A stretch of 64,000 nucleotides of DNA from Vulcanimicrobiota bacterium (GCA_963714015.1 OY970223.1:3072001-3136000); one strand, 5' to 3'. Counted from the first letter of the stretch, positions 40,980 through 52,120 are shown. A program made the numbers and translations. The notes: generated by a model from the letters alone, not told the origin.

Positions 40980-41245
40980 GATGCGAAGCGCTTTACAGCT
41001 CGTTCGCGCGCGCGAGCAGCCACGAGTTCGCGATCGCGGGGTGCTGCACTGGTGGAAAGCGAGGTAAGCAACGTCAAGGCAGAGGCGGCGATTTCGTCGA
41101 CGGCGCGGTTGAAAGCTTCCTCATTGGAATGGGAGGGCCGCGTAAAGCCGGATATCTTGCGCACGAACTGCAATGATGCTTCGCGGACTTCTTCCTTCGT
41201 AGCCTGCGGCTCGAAATTGAAAAGCGGTCGAATATTACGGCACAT
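40976..41245 (-). CDS. DUF2277 family protein
   Basis: MCRNIRPLFNFEPQAT.EEV..ASLQFVRKISGF. Confidence 0.85.
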   Translation of the reverse strand: MCRNIRPLFNFEPQATKEEVREASLQFVRKISGFTRPSHSNEEAFNRAVDEIAASALTLLTSLSTSAAPRDRELVAARARERAVKRFAS

Positions 41246-41449
41246 GCCGTCATAACACGAGGCGGAGCCGGATAAGTTCCGCGCATCCGTCGCGGCGAGC
41301 CTTCTTGCTCCCTTCCTAAGGCAAGCATGACGCTCGGGCGTTCACGAGGGCCTTAGTGACGTTCGATTCGCATCGCCCGGCAAGGAGACAAGCGTCGTTT
41401 ACGTTAACAACGACGCACTGCTCATACCAACAGATGATCGGAGTCTTTG

Positions 41450-42548
41450 ATGCGCAATAAAGTTTGCGTCGTATTGTTGGCAGCCGCTCTTTCGGCGTGT
41501 TCCAGCGGCTCTACGACGACGAATAGCGGTCTGCTTCCCAGCGCCAAGGGGTCCGCGGCCTCATCCCAGACGCTGAGATCGATCGCACGCACTTTGAGCG
41601 GCGCGAAAACACCGGTGTACGTCGGAACTAATTTTCGGACGCCTTTTTTCAATGTTTTCACCGACGCTGGTACCGCCGCGCCGTTTCCGCCGAAGGGCGC
41701 CCCGATTCGGACGCCGTTCAAGATGGGATTGTCTCTAGTCGGGCTGGATGGAAACATGTACGTCAGCTCGGAGAATCCGTCGCCGCCCCAGATCGTCGAG
41801 TACGGGCCATGGGGGCATAAGCTCATAAGGACTATCGACATCTCCGGCCTCGTTGATTCTTTCGCCGCCTCCAAGGTCGGGCGTCTGTACGTCGAGGAAA
41901 CGGTCAATGATGCTAAACACGTCAAAGTTTTCGAGTATCCTCCGGCTGCAACGACTCCGAGCCGCAGGCTTCGACGTCGGCACGTCCGGTGGAGTCGTCA
42001 GCGTCAGTCCTGCCGGCGACATCTACGCTGCCTCCGAGAATTTCAACACGAATATCGAAACCGTAAAGGTATTCAAGCCCAATACGAACGTGCCGGCGTA
42101 CTCGTTCTCTTTCCCCGCGCTGCTTCCAAGTTTCCAGTTCGACGGCGCGAGCAACCTTTACGTGGACACGATGGATTCATATGGCAATAATCGCGGCATT
42201 CTGGTGTACCCGCCGGGCTCGTCATCGCCCTCGTATGAAATCACGAACGGCGTAAGTAAGGTTAACGGCCTCTGCGTAAATCTGACGACCGGTACGCTCT
42301 ACGCCACCAATTATGACAGCACCATCGCCGTTTTCGCTCCGGGAGCCGCTTCGCCGTCCTACGTTATCGCGTCGCCTCCGAGCGGCACGAACGCCGGAGC
42401 GATCGCGGTGGATCGCTGGGATAATCTCTACGTGAACTATCAAAGCGGCAGCACGCCGTACGTTGCAATCTATGCGCCCGGATCGAGCACCATCGCGTCG
42501 CAGCTTTCAGTGCCGAACTCTTGGGGAGTCGCCATCAATTCGCGCTAG
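41450..42548 (+). CDS. NHL-like beta-propeller lipoprotein; frameshift near 41969
   Basis: Lipobox ALSAC; repeats D..GNLYV.....(V/I).VY.PG...PSY; ORFs 41447-42190 and 41853-42548 join. Confidence 0.72.
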
Positions 42549-42567
42549 TAAACGTAAGCCGTAGATA

Positions 42568-42602
42568 AGAAGCCCGCGCAGCAAAACGCGGGCTTCTCTT
42601 TT
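42568..42602 (+). terminator. intrinsic terminator between convergent genes
   Basis: AGAAGCCCGCG-CAGCAAAA-CGCGGGCTTCT followed by CTTTT. Confidence 0.75.
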
Positions 42603-42619
42603 ACTATCCCGCTTGTGTG

Positions 42620-44188
42620 CTAAGCGGTGAGCGCTTCCCCGAGCTCGCGCAATGCTTTGCGCGATCGCGGGTTTCCCGTTAGTTTGGCGTTCAAGTCCAA
42701 GGCCCGCATCTGCAGCGGAATCCCGCCCGTACCGCGAGAGAGTTCTACCGCTTCTTCACTATAGACGCAGGCTTCGCGCTGGTGACCCGTGGCAGCCAGC
42801 ACGGCGGCGCGAGCGACTTTCGCGCGTCCCTGCAAACGCTGCCAGTCGTCGATATCTCTATCGAGTTCGCGTGACAATGACGCAGCGCGATCCGTCTCCT
42901 TTGCCAGCACGAGTGCCTCGGTTTCCGAAATGTCGAGCGCTTTGCGCATCACCGGAACGTCACATCCGACGTCGCGCGCCAGCCGGATCCAGTCCAACGC
43001 CGCTTTTCCGTCGCCGCGATGTACCTCAATCCGCGCGAGATTGGAAAGCACGATAATGCGATCCAGATCGCTGCCGAACAACTCGATCAGTGCATGACTT
43101 TCCGCGGCGTGCGCTCGAGCTTCGTCGAGCCGTCCGAGCGAGAACAGGTGCGCAGCCATCATCTGCATCCCGACACGAAGCGTTCGGGCATCCGAGAACC
43201 GCCGGCCCATTTCTGCGATCTCGCCACTCTGATTGAATTCAGTCGCGACGCGATGCGGATCGAGCGCCCGAATGCCGGACGCCCTGATGCGCACGTCCAC
43301 TGCCAGGCGGCGGTCCGCGTGCTCTACGGCCGTTACCAGCGCGCAGGCTTCCTCAATCGCCGCACTCGCCCGGCGAACCATGTCGTGTCCAAAGTAGATG
43401 GACGCGTCCTGTACCAGGGCTTTGACCAGTAGCGTCAACCGCCTGGGACTCGCGACTTCGCCGTTACGTCGAAGTCCCTGAATCAGCAGCGACCGGCGTC
43501 GCGATTCGTCCATGCCTGCACCACTCTGCCGGGCTTCCATCTCGACGAGGGCGCACTCGACGCCCAGCAATTCCCGAATCTCTTCGTCATCGACATGCGC
43601 GAGCAAAGATCTCGCGGAGTGTGCCGTCTCGACGGCGCTCCCAAACGCGCCCACCTCGTTCTCGATCTCTGCCCGCAGGCACAGGGCTTGCACGGCGCCG
43701 GCCGCATCCAAATCGCGCGACAGGCTGCTTGCGACATCCCGAGCTTCGCGAAAGCGTCCGCCGGAGCGGAGCGTGTCGATTGCCGTAATGCGGTACTCTT
43801 TTGCAAAGCGATCGGAAAGAGTCGCGCTTGAGGCAGTGAGCCGATTTTCGAGCGCCTCCGCGAATTCGGCTCGAGCGGTCTGCAGATCGCGGTAAAATTG
43901 GCTGCGCGATAGTCCCAGATCGCCCGCAATCGCCGAATGCTTCTCGCATGCCACGTCGCTCCGCCGCAATATCGTGAAGCGCCTTCGGCCCGCTCCGCTC
44001 GCGGCCAATTCGTCGAGCAATCCCTCGACCACGGCCGGAATATGTCCCGCAAGATCGTTGAACAGCGGCCCTTTGGCCGATCCGAGGGAGCGCTGCACGA
44101 TCGCGTTGCCGGCCAATGCGCGATGACTACGAATGCTGCGCAGCAGCGTGAGTACCGCGTGGTCTCGAGTGCCGAGCCGTTTTTGCAT
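42620..44188 (-). CDS. putative regulator: N-terminal HTH plus TPR-like helical repeats
   Basis: IAGDLGLSRSQFYRD HTH; repeats such as LGRLDEARAHA and NLARIEVHRGDGKAALDW. Confidence 0.65.
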   Translation of the reverse strand: MQKRLGTRDHAVLTLLRSIRSHRALAGNAIVQRSLGSAKGPLFNDLAGHIPAVVEGLLDELAASGAGRRRFTILRRSDVACEKHSAIAGDLGLSRSQFYRDLQTARAEFAEALENRLTASSATLSDRFAKEYRITAIDTLRSGGRFREARDVASSLSRDLDAAGAVQALCLRAEIENEVGAFGSAVETAHSARSLLAHVDDEEIRELLGVECALVEMEARQSGAGMDESRRRSLLIQGLRRNGEVASPRRLTLLVKALVQDASIYFGHDMVRRASAAIEEACALVTAVEHADRRLAVDVRIRASGIRALDPHRVATEFNQSGEIAEMGRRFSDARTLRVGMQMMAAHLFSLGRLDEARAHAAESHALIELFGSDLDRIIVLSNLARIEVHRGDGKAALDWIRLARDVGCDVPVMRKALDISETEALVLAKETDRAASLSRELDRDIDDWQRLQGRAKVARAAVLAATGHQREACVYSEEAVELSRGTGGIPLQMRALDLNAKLTGNPRSRKALRELGEALTA

Positions 44189-44337
44189 GGGCCGCCTCAA
44201 TTCGCGCGTTCGTCGCTGCGAGCCTGTGCCTAAAAGACTAGTCTCATGCCGCGAAAATGGGACTTCGGTTAGACGGAAATCGACGCCGCGGTTCCAAAAC
44301 GTAGCATTCCGTCATTCGATCTTTTTGGAGAACGTGA

Positions 44338-45390
44338 ATGTTGTCCCAAGCTTCTATACGCGGTAAGTTCTGGGCCCTTGCGCCGATTGCGCTGCTGGCC
44401 GCTTGCTCTACCGGCAACCCTTCCGTCACGACGGCCTTCTCTTCAATCCCGTCGGCGCCCAAGCAGCTGAGTACAAACGGCCGCGCGCCCTCAACCCCGG
44501 GAAGCGCCGCCATGTTGATGTTTCCGCGAAACTTTTCGCCGAACGCGCGGCGCCCGCAATGGATGAAATCGCCTCCGCCGGGCACAGTCGCAAAGCTGGC
44601 CGCAGCCCAGTTCGGCGCCGCTGAGGTGCTCTGGTTCAAGGAACTCGACCGCAACAATGCACCGCCCGAGAACTGCGAACCGGCGACTGCCGCCAATGGC
44701 ATCGGCATCGATCGCGACGGAAACCTGTGGATTCCGAACGGGCAAGGGGATACGACGACGGAATATGCGCCGAACTGCGGTGCCGCAAAACTAACGATTG
44801 CCGACGCGACGGGCGAACCCGCCGACGTCGCGTTCGACAAGTCCGGCCACGTCTACATTCTGAATCTCAACGACAAGAACGGGCCGGCGACGGTCAATGT
44901 TTACGACTACTCGGGTAAGCATTTGCGAACGCTCGCCGATCCGTCGTTCGACGTGCTGTTCGGCGTACGTTCGGATACGAACGGCAACGTCTTCGTCTCT
45001 AACCTTACCTCGGCGAATGTCGGCAACGTGGTCGAATTCAAAGGCGGGAAAATGCCCGGAACGCAGCTTAAAGGACCGCAACTTGGACTGCCGGGCGCCC
45101 CCGCACTCGACACCGCCGGCAATTTGATCATCGCGGATTGGCTCAACATGACGATCGACGTGTTCCCGCCGCCGTACAAGAGTTCGCCGAAGACGTTCAC
45201 GCTCATGGGACAATCCATTTGGTGTCCGCTCGGCCGAGACGAGCGCCGGCTCTTCTGCGGCGATGCGCAAAACGGCGCGATCGACGTCTACGATTACCCC
45301 AGCGGAAAATATCTCTACAGCTACACGTCAGGCCTTTCGGCAAACAACCTGGTTACCGGCGTCGCTCCTTATCCTACGGCCCCGTACTGA
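44338..45390 (+). CDS. NHL-like beta-propeller lipoprotein
   Basis: Lipobox LLAAC; repeats GIGIDRDGNLWI, DVAFDKSGHVYI and ALDTAGNLII. Confidence 0.8.
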   Translation: MLSQASIRGKFWALAPIALLAACSTGNPSVTTAFSSIPSAPKQLSTNGRAPSTPGSAAMLMFPRNFSPNARRPQWMKSPPPGTVAKLAAAQFGAAEVLWFKELDRNNAPPENCEPATAANGIGIDRDGNLWIPNGQGDTTTEYAPNCGAAKLTIADATGEPADVAFDKSGHVYILNLNDKNGPATVNVYDYSGKHLRTLADPSFDVLFGVRSDTNGNVFVSNLTSANVGNVVEFKGGKMPGTQLKGPQLGLPGAPALDTAGNLIIADWLNMTIDVFPPPYKSSPKTFTLMGQSIWCPLGRDERRLFCGDAQNGAIDVYDYPSGKYLYSYTSGLSANNLVTGVAPYPTAPY

Positions 45391-45488
45391 CTTTCCCGGT
45401 GCAGCAAGGCCGGCGCGCGGAGCTTCGGGAGACAGTTCCGCGCGTCCGCGCCAGGGAGCGCTAAACAGGACCGCCAATTCGCGAGAAC

Positions 45489-47576
45489 ATGAACGTCTCG
45501 CTTCTGCTCGGCGCGATTTTGACTGTCAACGACATCGTCGCGCAGCATCCGGTCACCGGCAATCCTCCTTCCAATTTTGCTTGGGCTCCGAACGGGTCGG
45601 CTTACGTCTACAGCGTCGCCGCGCAGAAGGAGTCTCAGCCTCCCATCGTGCGGATCTACGATCTTCGGACGAACACCGATCGCGAACTATTTCACGCCGC
45701 TTCCGAGCAGCGTGGTTCGCGTTCACGCGCGATCGCAGAGGTTGTCTGGTCGCACGACAGCCGCCGGATTGCGCTGATCAATGCGGGCGCCCTCGAGGTG
45801 GTGGACCCGGCGAGCGGACGAGAGACGAAACTGGCGCAAGACGCAGACGATCCGCAATGGTCTTCGGACGACTCCCGGATCGCGTACGTACACGCCAACG
45901 ACATCTATACGGTCGATCCCCGCACCAAACGCACTCTGCGGCTAACTGCCAACGGCAGCGCCACGCGAATCAACGGCGATCCGGATTGGCTGTACAGCGA
46001 AGAAATGAACGTCGAACATGCATTCGGCTGGTCCCCCGACGGTTCGCGTATCGCGTTCCTCTCTTTCGACGAGCGTCCCATTACGCCGTTCCCAATCGAA
46101 AATTATCTCCCCCGAATCAGCGCCATCGAAGAGCAGAGCTACCCGCTTGCAGGCGACAAGAATGCGCGCGTCACGCTGAACGTCGTCGACACGCACACGG
46201 CCCGTTCGACGGTGCTGTACGACGGCGGACCGAAGGACGAGTACGTGCTCTCATTCGCATGGTCGCCCGACAGCCGCACCGTTCTCGATCAAATCATGGA
46301 CCGCGCACAGAAGCATCTGCGCTGGGTCGCTTTCAATCTAAACGGCAGTTCCCGGGCCGTTACGCAAGAGTCGGATCCGCAGTTCGTCGACGTCCAGCCC
46401 GTTCCGGACTATTCGCGCGACGGACGAGTGTTGTATCTGCTCTCGCAGCGGGGCGGACGCCAATCGCTCTGGCAGATCGATGCGCGCAGCGGCGCCGGTC
46501 GCCGGATCACCGGCGATTATACCGTATTGTCCACGCAGCGAATCGACGATGCAAACCACGTCGCATACGTCGACGCCATGTATCCGACGCGCCGCGACGT
46601 CTCTTTCTTGCGCGTCGATTTGCGCACGGGAGCGGTGCAGAATCTTACGCCCGGCGGCGGAATGCACAACGTCGTGCTCGCGCAAAAAGCGTCCAACTTC
46701 ATCGAGACGGTGAATTCTCATGACGCGCCGCCTGCGATCTATCGCCGCAGCTTGAACGGCACGTCGAGTTCCCTCGTCTTTCGCACGCCGGACCTCTCCC
46801 GTTTCAATCTCGGCACGGTCCGGCTGCTCGAAATCCCCTCCAAATGGGGTAATCTCGACGCGACGCTCGTCGTGCCGAAAGACTTCGACCCCAACAAGCG
46901 CTATCCGATCGTCTTCACGCCCTACGGCGGTCCTTTGGGCGTTTCACCGAACCAGACGATGAACGCGTGGCCGGGTCTTTACTCGTTCTTGTTGGCGCAA
47001 CACGGCTTCTTGGTCTTCACGATTGACGGACCCGCGTCTTACAGCGATCGGGCGTCGTCGGAGCGCATGTTCTATCATCGAATGGGTCTCATTGCGATGG
47101 CGGGGCAACTGGCCGGAGTGGACTGGATCGAGAAGCAATCGTTTGCAGATCCATCCCGTCTCGGATTGTTCGGCTGGAGCTATGGCGGCTATCTTACCGC
47201 CTTCACGATGACGCACGCTCCGGGCGTTTTCCGGGCCGGCGTCGCGGGCGCTCCACCGGCAGATTGGCGCTTCTACGACACGGCGTACACCGAGCGTTAT
47301 ATGAGCAAACCGCAGGAAGCAAAAAGCGCGTATGATGCAACCTCAGTTCTGCCGGCTGCCGCAAAATTCGAAGGCTCGCTGCTGATTCTCCAAGGCACGT
47401 CCGACGACAACGTCCACTTGATGAACTCCATTTCACTGCTCAATGCGTTTATGAAAGCCGGCAAGCAGGTCGACTACTTCGTTTATCCGGGAGAGCGGCA
47501 CGGTCCGCGCCTTATCTCGCACCGCCGCGATATCGATTCACGGATGCTCGACTGGTGGACGAAAACGCTAAAGTAA
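45489..47576 (+). CDS. S9B family dipeptidyl peptidase IV
   Basis: NGDPDWLYSEE, YPLAG, GWSYGG nucleophile, DDNVH, H near the C-terminus. Confidence 0.92.
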   Translation: MNVSLLLGAILTVNDIVAQHPVTGNPPSNFAWAPNGSAYVYSVAAQKESQPPIVRIYDLRTNTDRELFHAASEQRGSRSRAIAEVVWSHDSRRIALINAGALEVVDPASGRETKLAQDADDPQWSSDDSRIAYVHANDIYTVDPRTKRTLRLTANGSATRINGDPDWLYSEEMNVEHAFGWSPDGSRIAFLSFDERPITPFPIENYLPRISAIEEQSYPLAGDKNARVTLNVVDTHTARSTVLYDGGPKDEYVLSFAWSPDSRTVLDQIMDRAQKHLRWVAFNLNGSSRAVTQESDPQFVDVQPVPDYSRDGRVLYLLSQRGGRQSLWQIDARSGAGRRITGDYTVLSTQRIDDANHVAYVDAMYPTRRDVSFLRVDLRTGAVQNLTPGGGMHNVVLAQKASNFIETVNSHDAPPAIYRRSLNGTSSSLVFRTPDLSRFNLGTVRLLEIPSKWGNLDATLVVPKDFDPNKRYPIVFTPYGGPLGVSPNQTMNAWPGLYSFLLAQHGFLVFTIDGPASYSDRASSERMFYHRMGLIAMAGQLAGVDWIEKQSFADPSRLGLFGWSYGGYLTAFTMTHAPGVFRAGVAGAPPADWRFYDTAYTERYMSKPQEAKSAYDATSVLPAAAKFEGSLLILQGTSDDNVHLMNSISLLNAFMKAGKQVDYFVYPGERHGPRLISHRRDIDSRMLDWWTKTLK

Positions 47577-47598
47577 CCGGCACAGCGCACTTGCTCGG

Positions 47599-47931
47599 CT
47601 AGCCGCCGCCGCCCGAAGGGTATCCGCCGCCGCCGCAGCTGTAGTCGAGTGTCGTGCTGCACGCTCGCAGATTGACGTGGGCCTGGGAGCCTTCGATTCG
47701 CACCTGAAAGTCCTGAGCCGGAACGTCATGCGATGACAGATGCAGCGTATACTTTCCGTCCGCAAGACCGCGCAACGTGAAACGGCCGTTGGAATCACTG
47801 CGAGCAGTAAACGTATTCGGCCCTTGTCGTGTCGTTACGGTGACGCCGGTAAGCGGTTGTCCCGTCGTCTTGTCGTGAATGGTTCCGGTCAGTACCGCAA
47901 ACGCGACCATGATTGCGCTCAGATTCCTCAT
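47599..47931 (-). CDS. secreted carboxypeptidase-regulatory-like domain protein
   Basis: LTGTIHD..TGQPL.GVTV....SDSNGRFTL.GL.DGKYTL. Confidence 0.75.
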   Translation of the reverse strand: MRNLSAIMVAFAVLTGTIHDKTTGQPLTGVTVTTRQGPNTFTARSDSNGRFTLRGLADGKYTLHLSSHDVPAQDFQVRIEGSQAHVNLRACSTTLDYSCGGGGYPSGGGG

Positions 47932-47962
47932 GTTTGCGTCTTGAGCGCGCGGGCCGAAAATC

Positions 47963-49573
47963 CTAGCGCGCCTCCAGCGATCCAAGCCGTTCCGCGAGCC
48001 GTTCCGGCAGCGTCTGCAGCAGATTTTCGATCCGTGCCAACGCCGAATCGCTCTGTGCATCCATAACGTCCAGCGAGCCCGCGACGCTTTGCGCGATCTG
48101 TAGGACCGCGTCCGATTCGTCCGGAGCATACGTTTCGCACGAGCGCTTGGGACCGAGCACCAGCGCACCGACGAGCCGGCCTCGCGCAACCATCGGATAG
48201 GCCCAATCGCCTTGCAGTTCGCTCCGAGTGGTGCTCAAATCAAGCGGCTTGTGCCATGCCCGCAGAGCTACGAGCGCGGGGTCGTTTTCGTCAACCCGGC
48301 CCGATGTCGCAATGGTTACAAACGATGCGCCGGCATGCTGCTCGAGAGCCTCCGCCGTGCGCAGCAGCAGCGTCCCTCTGTCGGTGATGTACGCCGCTTC
48401 CTGTGCGAAACGGCGGAGCGCCTGTTCGTCTTCGTGCCGCTTGCGGAAGAGGAGCAGGTCGATGGCCCGGTCGACGTAACCGTGCAGCACACGCGCGCTC
48501 ACGATGACGATCATGGCAATGCCGAATTCGATCAGGACGTCTTCTTCGTGCGTGAGCGACGACAGATAGCGTTCCAGAACAAATTCTAACGCCGCTAATA
48601 TCACGACCGCGACTGCCGTGGTCGCGGCATAGACGAGCGCGCGATTCAGCACGAAGGCAAAATCGAAGATCCGGTGCTTCAGAATCGCGTACGCGACGGC
48701 CAATGCGACGACCGCGACGGAGGCCACGAAGTAGATCGTTCCGTAATCGAAATCCACGCCGAGCTGCATCTCCAAAACGCCCACAATCGCGTATCCTACC
48801 GCGCCCAGCACGATCGCCGCAAACACGAGACCGACCCTGCCCCGATCTCCGCGTTTCGCAAAAATCAGCGAACACACGCTCGCAATGAGCGTTAGGAGTG
48901 CCGCCGCCGAAAGGTAAAACGTCGCATACGCTTTGTTGGCCGACGCTTGCGGCCAAATGACGTTGGAATTATGCAGCAGTTCGACCAAGAATGCCGTGGC
49001 CACGACGACGTCGACCGAGCGGATCGCAAGGCGCTGCGCCCGCGAGGGCGTGTTTCCCGGAAACCGTATGGCGAACGAAGCCAAAGCAAAAGTGGGGAAG
49101 ATCGCGCAAAGCGAAACGGGGATGAACGCTAGGAGTGTACGCCCCGGCTGCGGCATCGACGCAACACAAGCGTAGATGCCCGTTATCGAGCACACGCCGA
49201 TAAGGAAGCCGACGAAGGCGCCGACCATGACACCACTACGCCGATAGCCGAGATACGCACCAAGCATGAGAGCAAAGGTCGAAAGCAGTGCGTTCAAAAC
49301 GAGCAGCGCGGGCTTGTATGCCCGAATAGGCACGATTGCGCGTTCGGTTACAGTGCCGCCGCCTTTGACGGGAAGCGTGATAGACGAGCCTCGCAGTGAA
49401 CCTGCCCAAACGGCGTACCATTGAGTCGTCGACATGCGCGACGTGTCGACGAGTTCCGGATGATTAGCAAACGTGGGCGGCAAGTAGACCGGCGTCAACG
49501 CGCCCAAATAATACAGCGCTCCAAAAATCAAGACCACTGCAGGTAAAATCCACCGGTTGAAAGCGAGCCGCAT
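47963..49573 (-). CDS. multi-pass membrane protein with C-terminal GAF-like domain (paralog of 14088-15855)
   Basis: FAIRFP, AYAILKHRIFDFAFVLNRALVY and PMVARGRLVGALVLGPKR..Y.PDE motifs. Confidence 0.75.
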   Translation of the reverse strand: MRLAFNRWILPAVVLIFGALYYLGALTPVYLPPTFANHPELVDTSRMSTTQWYAVWAGSLRGSSITLPVKGGGTVTERAIVPIRAYKPALLVLNALLSTFALMLGAYLGYRRSGVMVGAFVGFLIGVCSITGIYACVASMPQPGRTLLAFIPVSLCAIFPTFALASFAIRFPGNTPSRAQRLAIRSVDVVVATAFLVELLHNSNVIWPQASANKAYATFYLSAAALLTLIASVCSLIFAKRGDRGRVGLVFAAIVLGAVGYAIVGVLEMQLGVDFDYGTIYFVASVAVVALAVAYAILKHRIFDFAFVLNRALVYAATTAVAVVILAALEFVLERYLSSLTHEEDVLIEFGIAMIVIVSARVLHGYVDRAIDLLLFRKRHEDEQALRRFAQEAAYITDRGTLLLRTAEALEQHAGASFVTIATSGRVDENDPALVALRAWHKPLDLSTTRSELQGDWAYPMVARGRLVGALVLGPKRSCETYAPDESDAVLQIAQSVAGSLDVMDAQSDSALARIENLLQTLPERLAERLGSLEAR

Positions 49574-49664
49574 GCGGCTTCATTCGACACGCTTGGCCTA
49601 AGCGCTCTAGCCCTCTTTAGCGGCGGCCGCGACCCCTACGCCCGGCGCAAGGGCGCCCGGACAC

Positions 49665-50669
49665 TCAGTTGACGGCGATGCCCAGCGGCTCGGCCATTTT
49701 CTGAATACCGTTGTTGAAACTAAACAGATACGTACCTTGCGGGTATGCGTACACGTCCACCGCGGCGTTGCCGTAGTCCATGCAGTAGATTCGGCGGTTG
49801 CTTCGCATCATCGCACAGCGGAGCGTGGCGCCTTGCAGCGGAATCGTCGCGAAGGGTGCCTTGTCGTAGGGCGGTGCAAAGACGTCGACCTGGTTCTTCG
49901 TGCTGTCAACCATCAGCAGGTTGTTCTTTGCATCGACCATCACACTGCCGGGCATGTCTTGACCGAGCTGCGTCGCCTTCAAAATCTTTCCGGGCATGTT
50001 GCCGCGCGCGAATTCGATTACTTGTCCAACGCCGGTCTTCTCGTTGACGGTCGACCAAAAGACGTTGTCCGTTGAATCCAGCGCTATGCCGATGCTCTCG
50101 CCGGCGGCCCAGTTCTCGAGCTGCCGTACCGGTTTGAACTGCCCCCCTTGCGAGTGCACGTCGAAGACGGCGATGTTCGCCGCGTTCCCTTTTTCGTTCA
50201 TGAAATTGGATACGTACAGCGTCTTGCCGGTCACCGCTAAGTCCGACGGACTGCCGATGGTATCCACGTACGTCTGCGCGAGCTGCTTTCCGCAGTCCGC
50301 GCCGAATGTTTCGACGACGTTGTTTCCGCTGAAGGTGGAGACGTACAGCGTATTGGCGCCGTCGGTATTGACTGCTCCCGAGCGGTTAATCGGCCCGATC
50401 TGACAGAGCGGCGGATCGTTCTCTTTGTTGTAAGCGTTATACTGATCGACGGCACTGGAAAAACTGAACGTGATATAGACATACGGCGTCTTTTTGCCGT
50501 CCGCCGTTCTGAGGATCGATGATTGTGCGCCGCGCTGTTCGCTTGCGAAGGCGCCGGGCGACGCCCCGAAGTCGGACGACCGGCCCGCACAAGACGCAAG
50601 CAGGACGGCGGCACAGACGGCGAGCGCACCGCGTATGGCAACGCGTTCAGCCGGCAAGGATCTCCCCAT
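49665..50669 (-). CDS. NHL-like beta-propeller lipoprotein (paralog of 44338-45390)
   Basis: AAGGAGG RBS; lipobox LLASC; shares IDVF.PPY and DVY.YP.G.YL.S segments with 44338-45390. Confidence 0.8.
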   Translation of the reverse strand: MGRSLPAERVAIRGALAVCAAVLLASCAGRSSDFGASPGAFASEQRGAQSSILRTADGKKTPYVYITFSFSSAVDQYNAYNKENDPPLCQIGPINRSGAVNTDGANTLYVSTFSGNNVVETFGADCGKQLAQTYVDTIGSPSDLAVTGKTLYVSNFMNEKGNAANIAVFDVHSQGGQFKPVRQLENWAAGESIGIALDSTDNVFWSTVNEKTGVGQVIEFARGNMPGKILKATQLGQDMPGSVMVDAKNNLLMVDSTKNQVDVFAPPYDKAPFATIPLQGATLRCAMMRSNRRIYCMDYGNAAVDVYAYPQGTYLFSFNNGIQKMAEPLGIAVN

Positions 50670-50689
50670 CTCGACCTCCTTATTTCGTA

Positions 50690-51303
50690 CTACGACTGGA
50701 GCTGCGAAAGTGCCTCGCTGCGGCAGCGAAGCCGAACGAGCGCTTCGTGCGCCTGACCGAGCGCCTCCTCACGCGCAGCGCCTGAGGCGCTGAGCGCGAG
50801 CATCAACTCATGCGCGGAGATCGCCGCGCGCGAGGCTACGCTCTCGGCGCGAGCTGTGCGCCGGCGCACGCGGAGTGCCTCCAATCTAAGCGCGAGCTCT
50901 TCGCTGACCGCTTCGAGTTGCTTGCGCTGCGCGCAAATCGAAGCCGAGCTGCATTCCACTTCCGTACGATGATCTCGAGCGCACGCTGCCCGAGCGGCGA
51001 AAACGTGAGCGGCCGGGTCGTCGCCGCCGGTCAGCATCTCGCCGGCCAGGCTTTCAAAGGTGCTCTCCTGGCCTTGCAGGCGCAGGAGCTCCATCTGCAG
51101 GCGCTTTTCCTCGGCCATCACCGCGGCGATTTGTCTGCGCATTTTTCGAAGGTCCGTCGCGTATTCCAGGTCGAGAAGATCGAGTGCTTGCACCGGGTCT
51201 TCAGCGCGCTGCAGCAGTGAATTCACTTTTTGCTTGAGCAGGCGAACGAATCGCCACCAAAAACCTATCATGCGCATTTGAACGAGTGCCCGGCGCAGCA
51301 TGT
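50690..51303 (-). CDS. PspA/IM30 family coiled-coil protein
   Basis: RF.RL....VN.LL.RAEDP.Q.LD, A.VMA.EKRL and long coiled coil; start uncertain. Confidence 0.75.
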
Positions 51304-51430
51304 GACGATTAAAAACGAATGAAAAAGGCGCCGCGCTGTGGAGGCGTCGCTCCCCGGAGCCTTCGGCAAAAGCAACGATTTTTGCGGTGTTCCCAAGCAC
51401 CTCTCAGCAAGGATATGCTACTGTACGCTC

Positions 51431-52120
51431 ATGGATACCGCTCCGGCCAGGGTGGCCGTCATCGACGACGAGCCGGCCATTCGTTCGTTGCTGCAAATGG
51501 AGCTCGGAGACGCCGGTTTCGACGTTCGAACCGCAAAGGACGCGCTGGCCGGATTGGACCTGGTGCGTCAATGGGATCCGGACGTGATTCTACTCGACAT
51601 CATGATGCCGAAAGTCGACGGCATCTCGATTCTTCCGCGATTCCGCACCGAGACGCAGACTCCAATCATCATTTTGAGTGCGAAGGGCGGAACGGGCGAC
51701 AAGGTGCTCGGTCTGGAACGCGGGGCGGATCAATATATTGCCAAGCCGTTCGAGATGCCCGAGTTGGTTGCTCGTCTTCGTTCGGCGCTGCGCCGGCCTC
51801 GATTGGAGGAACCCGACCGTCTGACGTTCCGCGATCTGACGATCGATTTCCGGATGCGCACGGTCACCCGCGCCGGCAAGGACATCGTCCTCACGGCGCG
51901 TGAATTCGACTTGCTCGCGACCTTCATGCGCCAGCCGCGCCGCGTCTTTACGCGCGACCAGTTGATCTCGATCGTTTGGGGAATCGACGCCGACGTCACG
52001 ACGAACGCCGTCGAGACGTATATCTCGTACCTGCGCAGCAAGATCGACGCACCGTTCGACGAACCGCTGCTCCACACGATTCGTGGAGCGGGATACTCGC
52101 TGCGCGATAAAAGGGTGTGA
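51431..52120 (+). CDS. OmpR/PhoB family response regulator (MprA-like)
   Basis: VIDDE, LLDIMMP, KPF, LTAREFDLL, VETYISYLRSKID and TIRGAGY motifs. Confidence 0.93.
   Translation: MDTAPARVAVIDDEPAIRSLLQMELGDAGFDVRTAKDALAGLDLVRQWDPDVILLDIMMPKVDGISILPRFRTETQTPIIILSAKGGTGDKVLGLERGADQYIAKPFEMPELVARLRSALRRPRLEEPDRLTFRDLTIDFRMRTVTRAGKDIVLTAREFDLLATFMRQPRRVFTRDQLISIVWGIDADVTTNAVETYISYLRSKIDAPFDEPLLHTIRGAGYSLRDKRV

Noticed and set aside
41361..41369. GTTCGATTC T-loop-like sequence (possible tRNA or att remnant)
   Set aside because: No T-stem pairing or cloverleaf, and no match to the tRNA-Glu repeat.
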